Below, piece after piece: positions 27,764 to 32,000 of a DNA stretch of 32,000 nucleotides. The notes beneath the pieces were generated by a model. The model was not told the DNA's origin and ran no database searches. It saw only the letters and a program-made list of their open reading frames with translations. The translations under genes and the position numbers were made by a program. This stretch comes from Cylindrospermopsis raciborskii Cr2010 (GTDB lineage Bacteria; Cyanobacteriota; Cyanobacteriia; Cyanobacteriales; Nostocaceae), in NCBI RefSeq assembly GCF_003367075.2, contig NZ_CP065936.1, forward strand, positions 2,310,001 through 2,342,000, written 5' to 3'. The first letter of the stretch is position 1, and each line of letters begins with the position of its first letter.

Positions 27764-28147
27764 TTAAAGTTTAATCCCTATTTGTCCGTTAAATCCCCGA
27801 ATGGAATTATATCCCGCTCCGATAAAAATGTGTTTACTTGTTTCCACGTGGACGCCACCGGAAAGAGACACTTCCTTGTTAGTTGAATAATAACCAACTC
27901 CGACGTATGGAGATATAAATGGCAGATTAATAAACTTGAGAAGGTCAGCACCGGTAACACCATCTTTACCAGTCCCCACTTCTAAACCAAAACCAAAAAC
28001 CTTGACACCCCCCGCGTAGGTGATGGTGCTATCCCTAGATCCCACTGCTACCCAAGGTTCGGGAATGAGTTGTGCTGATGCTGGATAGGGGTTGAATAAT
28101 AGTAACCCCAGGGATGTAATGAGCGTTTTGATAACCAATGGTTTCAT
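27764..28147 (-). CDS. Hypothetical small secreted, beta-strand-rich protein (outer-membrane-protein-like)
   Basis: 127 aa. Signal peptide MKPLVIKTLITSLGLLLFNPYPASA/QL, then alternating Gly/aromatic beta-strand patterns (GFGLEVGTG, YVGVGYYS, FIGAGYNS). Starts 30 nt after the argS stop, on the same strand. Confidence 0.55.
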   Translation of the reverse strand: MKPLVIKTLITSLGLLLFNPYPASAQLIPEPWVAVGSRDSTITYAGGVKVFGFGLEVGTGKDGVTGADLLKFINLPFISPYVGVGYYSTNKEVSLSGGVHVETSKHIFIGAGYNSIRGFNGQIGIKL

Positions 28148-28177
28148 TTTTCTCTGTGTATAGACATTTTAGAGTTT

Positions 28178-29935
28178 TTAGATTCTTTCAATCACCTTAA
28201 TTCCTAGTAAATTCAGTCCCAGTCGCAGGGTTTTTGCTGTTAGGTAGCATAACATCAATCTGGAAGTTCTAATTGGGTCTTCTGCTTTAAGCACTGGACA
28301 CCTGTCATAGAACTTATTAAATTTTTCGCTGAGATTATACAAATAATCACATAGACGATTGGGCAATAAATCCTGCTCTACCTGGTAAAGAATCTCATCT
28401 AATTGTAATAAATTCTTGGCTAGGGCTAACTCTGTCTCTTCTTGAAGAATAATTTTGGCATCGGGAGCCAAATTTTCAAAGTCAATTTTACCTTCTCGAC
28501 TAATACCCTGAGTTCGCACATAAGCATATAGCATATATGGTGCTGTATTGCCTTTTAAAGAAAGCATCTTATCATAACTAAAAACATAGCTACTGGTACG
28601 ATTTTGACTCAAGTCTGCATATTTTACCGCGCTTATTCCAACTGTTTGAGCCACGTTCTGGATAAATTCCGGGGTTTCTTGTCTACCTTCTTGTTGTAAT
28701 CTAGCTTCTAAATCTGTGCGAGCGCGGAAAACTGCTTCATCCAATAGGTCTTTTAATCTTACCGTGTCTCCAGAACGGGTTTTGAATTTTTTGCCATCTT
28801 CACCCAAGACTAACCCAAAGGGAATGTGAACCAATTCTACATCAGCGGGTATCCACCCAGCTTTTTGAGCAACTTGAAAAAATTGGGCAAAGTGATTTGC
28901 TTGTCCCGCATCGGTGACGTAAATTATCCTTTTAGCTTGATCTTCCCGAATACGGTAAAGTAATGCTGCTAAATCTGTTGTCGCGTAGTTATAACCACCA
29001 TCTGATTTCTGTACGATTAATGGTAGTGCTTCCCCTTCTCTATTGGTAAATCCTTCCAGGAAAACGCATTTTGCTCCTTGATTTTCTTCTACGAGTCCTG
29101 CTGTTTCTAAATCCTCCACTATTTTTGATAGAAAGGGATTATAAAATGATTCTCCTCTTTCAATTATTTTAATATCTAACAGGTCGTAAATTGTCTGAAA
29201 TTCTTTACGTGATTGTGCACACAATAACTTCCATGCATGAGTTGTATCTTCTGCTCCCGCTTGTAGTTTAACTACCTCTTGACGTGCTCTTTCTTGAAAA
29301 GTTGCATCTGCATCAAATCTCTGCTTGGCTTGACGATAAAAACTGACTAAATCTCCTATATTTAGAACATTGGCAGTGGTAAGCGCTTGTGGATACACCT
29401 CACGTAAATAGGCAATTAACATGCCAAATTGTGTCCCCCAATCACCTACATGATTTAGTCTTAATACCTGATGACCACGAAACTCTAAAATTCTGGCAAT
29501 ACAATCACCAATAATGGTGGAACGCAAATGTCCAACGTGCATTTCTTTAGCTATGTTTGGACTGGAAAAATCAACTATCTGCTTTTCAGGTTGATCCACT
29601 CTAGTAACTCCTAAACGGGGATCTGTTTTAATGGCATTCAGTTGTGATTCTAAATAGGATGTTTGTAATTTTAGATTAATGAATCCAGGTCCAGCAATTT
29701 CTGGTACTTCACACATATCTGATACGTCTAATTCCTCTACTATGGATGTAGCAATAGCCCTGGGCTGCATTCCCAATTTTTTACTCAGGGATAATGCCAC
29801 ATTGGCCTGAAAATCACCAAATTTAGGATTACTTGCTGCTACTAAAATGGGATCTACCTGCATATAATCTTCCCCAAATCTAGCCACTAATGCTTGCTGT
29901 AGTTTCAGTTTCAGTTTTTGTTGTGTAGCGTTCAT
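28178..29935 (-). CDS. argS: Arginine--tRNA ligase
   Basis: 585 aa. N-terminal Arg-tRNA-binding domain, HIGH-type motif ([14 protein letters not shown]), catalytic core and C-terminal DALR anticodon-binding domain. Confidence 0.97.
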   Translation of the reverse strand: MNATQQKLKLKLQQALVARFGEDYMQVDPILVAASNPKFGDFQANVALSLSKKLGMQPRAIATSIVEELDVSDMCEVPEIAGPGFINLKLQTSYLESQLNAIKTDPRLGVTRVDQPEKQIVDFSSPNIAKEMHVGHLRSTIIGDCIARILEFRGHQVLRLNHVGDWGTQFGMLIAYLREVYPQALTTANVLNIGDLVSFYRQAKQRFDADATFQERARQEVVKLQAGAEDTTHAWKLLCAQSRKEFQTIYDLLDIKIIERGESFYNPFLSKIVEDLETAGLVEENQGAKCVFLEGFTNREGEALPLIVQKSDGGYNYATTDLAALLYRIREDQAKRIIYVTDAGQANHFAQFFQVAQKAGWIPADVELVHIPFGLVLGEDGKKFKTRSGDTVRLKDLLDEAVFRARTDLEARLQQEGRQETPEFIQNVAQTVGISAVKYADLSQNRTSSYVFSYDKMLSLKGNTAPYMLYAYVRTQGISREGKIDFENLAPDAKIILQEETELALAKNLLQLDEILYQVEQDLLPNRLCDYLYNLSEKFNKFYDRCPVLKAEDPIRTSRLMLCYLTAKTLRLGLNLLGIKVIERI

Positions 29936-30052
29936 ATTTTAATTAAGTCTATTGGTGTGGAAAACTCTAAAACCCGGTTGATTTTGGTTCACTGCTGTCT
30001 AACTATTTTAACGGATGGCTAACCTTTACAATCCTCGCTCACAATTTTATCT

Positions 30053-32000
30053 TTAGGATTTCACTATGGTCATATTGCGGATGCGCCAAGAGTTTTGCTG
30101 GCGGTTCAAATCATATCTAACTCGCAATGCTTCTCGACCAGATGTCTGGCGATTTCCCCCTCGGTAAAAATCGGTGATTTCTTTAACCGTAGCTTCCACT
30201 AACGCATTGTTCGAGGTATTTCCCTCCTGACGAACAAGTTCTATTTTCACTTCATGTTTATACTTACGATGGCGCTTTGTAGCCATATCCTGTTTAACTA
30301 TAGATTGCCATTGGGATAGGGCTGGATCTATTAAAATCTTGTCTAATCTTTTGATCTCATGATTGGGACCCATCGCTGCTGCTTTCGTCGATAACCAGGT
30401 TTCAATTAGTGTTTGAGCGATCGCCTTTGTGAGTTGTCCGGATGGTGGTGCTGGTTGAGGCGAGAGTGTAGGTATAACAACGGTTGGTTGATTCAACTGT
30501 ACCACAAGTTTTCCTCCCTGTAAATTTGGCTGGTCTACCATTGTACTGTTTAACCTCCCCCAAATCGCAGGTATTAAAACCCACAGCCCTAATATGCCCC
30601 CTATTAGAAAAAATATATTTAATCGGGTTAAATCAGGAAATTTACGAGTGAAATTTTGTCTATACTTATTATGTGAACGATTATGTGAAGGTTTCTCTTC
30701 TACCTGTTCTTCTTGAATACCAGTTGAACCTCGTCTACGATGTTTATATTTACTAGATTGGTTTGTTCCCTCCTGTGCAAGGAAACCATGAGAGTTGTGA
30801 CTATATCCTGAGATCTTCCACTGTTTTCCCCTCTCCTGTGGATGCGCAGTGGAAATTTGAGAAGCTACCTCCATCTTAGGTTCCTTCCATTCCTCTAGGT
30901 CTTGGGAGGAACTCACAATAGGTAGGTGTTCATCTTCTCTAAAGCTAGTATGGGGAATGCCAATCCCTGATAGTGAACCAACCTGACTGTTGACTGTCCT
31001 TACTTCCTCGGTTGTATATGGATCTGCTGGTAATTGCTCTAAGTATGCTTGTACCTGTTTGTCAGCAAAATAATCTTTTAAGGAAGCTTGCTGTTTACCT
31101 AAGTCTCGAAAATGGGGAAATACCTCTTGATCTAACCACTGCTCGCAGTACAAACACAGTCCCGGTAACAAATCTGGTGAATCCTGAGACTGCTGTCTAA
31201 TTATGGTCAATTGTTCATATTCCCGACTTAGTTCTAAAACACGGGTTGCTTCTTCCGTTTGTCCCAGTAGTAAAGCACACAAAGCTTGTTCTAGATGTAC
31301 ATCTTGACGTTTAGCTAAAGGAAGCAAAATTTGCTTGGCTTGACGAATCAAAGCTGGTTGCCTTTGGCAAAATCCTTTAGCGATTAGTGCGTAAACAAAT
31401 AAGTAGGTTGCTACGGTAGAAGGTCTTTTACTTTCAGATTCAAAAAGTTTATGTTGTTCCGATACCGTTAAGTGGTGTCGTAGCTGTTGAATAAACCGGA
31501 GAAAATCGTCCACATTCAAACCTGTTTGATCATTCCCCACGCCATCAATGCCACCTCTTTGGTCGAGAATATTTTGTAGCAATTCCCAACCTTGATGACG
31601 ATCCTTAGTCCGCTCCATCGGTAGAGCCAATAGATCCAAAATTCTATAAGGTCTGAGCCTGCATACGTCCGCTGCAATTTCCCCTTGCACACTAGTAAAC
31701 ATTCCCTCCCGCAGGAGCAGTTCCTCTCCTGTTTCTAGGGATATGGCAGCGTTCTCATAATTGCTTTGTTGCCATTGTTCCCTTCCTAATTCCAGACAAG
31801 ACAAAGCAACCGTTAGAATAACGTCTGGCAATTCATCAGCATTGGTTAACGTACGCCTTTGAGAGTGACGATCAGACTTACCTGGGACCCTATTCGTCAA
31901 GTATGGCTGACCTAATCTTAGTACCAACTCATATTCACCCAACTCTTGAAGTAGTACTAAGGCACCAACTAAGTTTTCTTTGGCAACGTCTATAGTTAGG
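30053..32000 (-). CDS. zipN: Cell-division protein ZipN/Ftn2 (ARC6-like), partial: the N-terminus lies beyond the window
   Basis: The reading frame stays open from 31942 to the window edge (…LTIDVAKENLVGALVLLQELGEYELVL…), so the TTG start in the track is an artefact. TPR-like cytoplasmic region, low-complexity linker, one transmembrane segment (IFFLIGGILGLWVLIPAIW) and a C-terminal DUF4101/NTF2-like domain (AQTLIETWLSTKAAAMGPNH...). Confidence 0.82.
   Translation of the reverse strand, partial: LTIDVAKENLVGALVLLQELGEYELVLRLGQPYLTNRVPGKSDRHSQRRTLTNADELPDVILTVALSCLELGREQWQQSNYENAAISLETGEELLLREGMFTSVQGEIAADVCRLRPYRILDLLALPMERTKDRHQGWELLQNILDQRGGIDGVGNDQTGLNVDDFLRFIQQLRHHLTVSEQHKLFESESKRPSTVATYLFVYALIAKGFCQRQPALIRQAKQILLPLAKRQDVHLEQALCALLLGQTEEATRVLELSREYEQLTIIRQQSQDSPDLLPGLCLYCEQWLDQEVFPHFRDLGKQQASLKDYFADKQVQAYLEQLPADPYTTEEVRTVNSQVGSLSGIGIPHTSFREDEHLPIVSSSQDLEEWKEPKMEVASQISTAHPQERGKQWKISGYSHNSHGFLAQEGTNQSSKYKHRRRGSTGIQEEQVEEKPSHNRSHNKYRQNFTRKFPDLTRLNIFFLIGGILGLWVLIPAIWGRLNSTMVDQPNLQGGKLVVQLNQPTVVIPTLSPQPAPPSGQLTKAIAQTLIETWLSTKAAAMGPNHEIKRLDKILIDPALSQWQSIVKQDMATKRHRKYKHEVKIELVRQEGNTSNNALVEATVKEITDFYRGGNRQTSGREALRVRYDLNRQQNSWRIRNMTIVKS

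Noticed and set aside
18813-31200. Track ORFs 18813-19079(-), 20815-20997(-), 20849-21076(+), 21930-22136(-), 22596-22790(-), 23047-23301(-), 23455-23772(-), 23905-24117(-), 25696-25896(-), 27778-27963(-), 30402-30584(-) and 31012-31200(+).
   Set aside because: These are shadow ORFs overlapping the photolyase, DUF255 protein, gltX, hppD, small secreted protein and zipN genes. 23905-24117(-) overlaps the gltX end and the start of the secreted-protein gene and has a low-complexity sequence.

Overview
This window looks like ordinary core chromosome from an AT-rich, filamentous (Nostocales-type) cyanobacterium. Two things support that. I hand-counted 17 copies of the HIP1 palindrome GCGATCGC. The window also carries a split dnaE-N gene ending in an intein N-fragment that, from memory only, looks closest to the Cylindrospermopsis/Raphidiopsis DnaE inteins.

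Nearly all the DNA is explained by intact housekeeping genes:
- tRNA-Asn, then rsgA, a tusA-like gene, dnaJ and grpE.
- The type IV pilus motor operon pilB-pilT-pilC.
- A saccharopine-dehydrogenase-like oxidoreductase.
- A PAS-Crp regulator and dnaE-N with its split intein.
- An orphan MalK-like ABC ATPase, an EamA transporter, an InrS/CsoR-like metal repressor and a Deg/HtrA protease.
- CPD photolyase, a DUF255 thioredoxin-domain protein, tRNA-Asp and gltX.
- Two small hypothetical proteins, a HAD hydrolase, hppD, an SDR and a small secreted beta-rich protein.
- argS and the 3' part of a ZipN/Ftn2 (ARC6-like) division gene.

I found no transposase, phage gene, CRISPR array, toxin-antitoxin pair, defence island or biosynthetic cluster. 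I therefore cannot support a claim that this window holds a new multi-gene system.

The observations most worth a second look are small-scale:
1. A terminator-like hairpin with a mutually exclusive alternative fold, inside the unusually long intergenic region upstream of the photolyase gene. It could be a leader, attenuator or small RNA.
2. Two copies of a roughly 125-140 bp MITE-like structured repeat that differ by hairpin-shaped indels.
3. The split DnaE intein, whose long tail overlaps a convergent regulator gene.
4. A PAS-Crp fusion with a degenerate cNMP pocket.
5. An orphan Cys/Trp-rich 67-codon ORF in a 634-bp gap.
6. A His-rich InrS-like repressor with no adjacent efflux gene.

All folds, counts and homology calls were made by eye or from memory and need computational confirmation.
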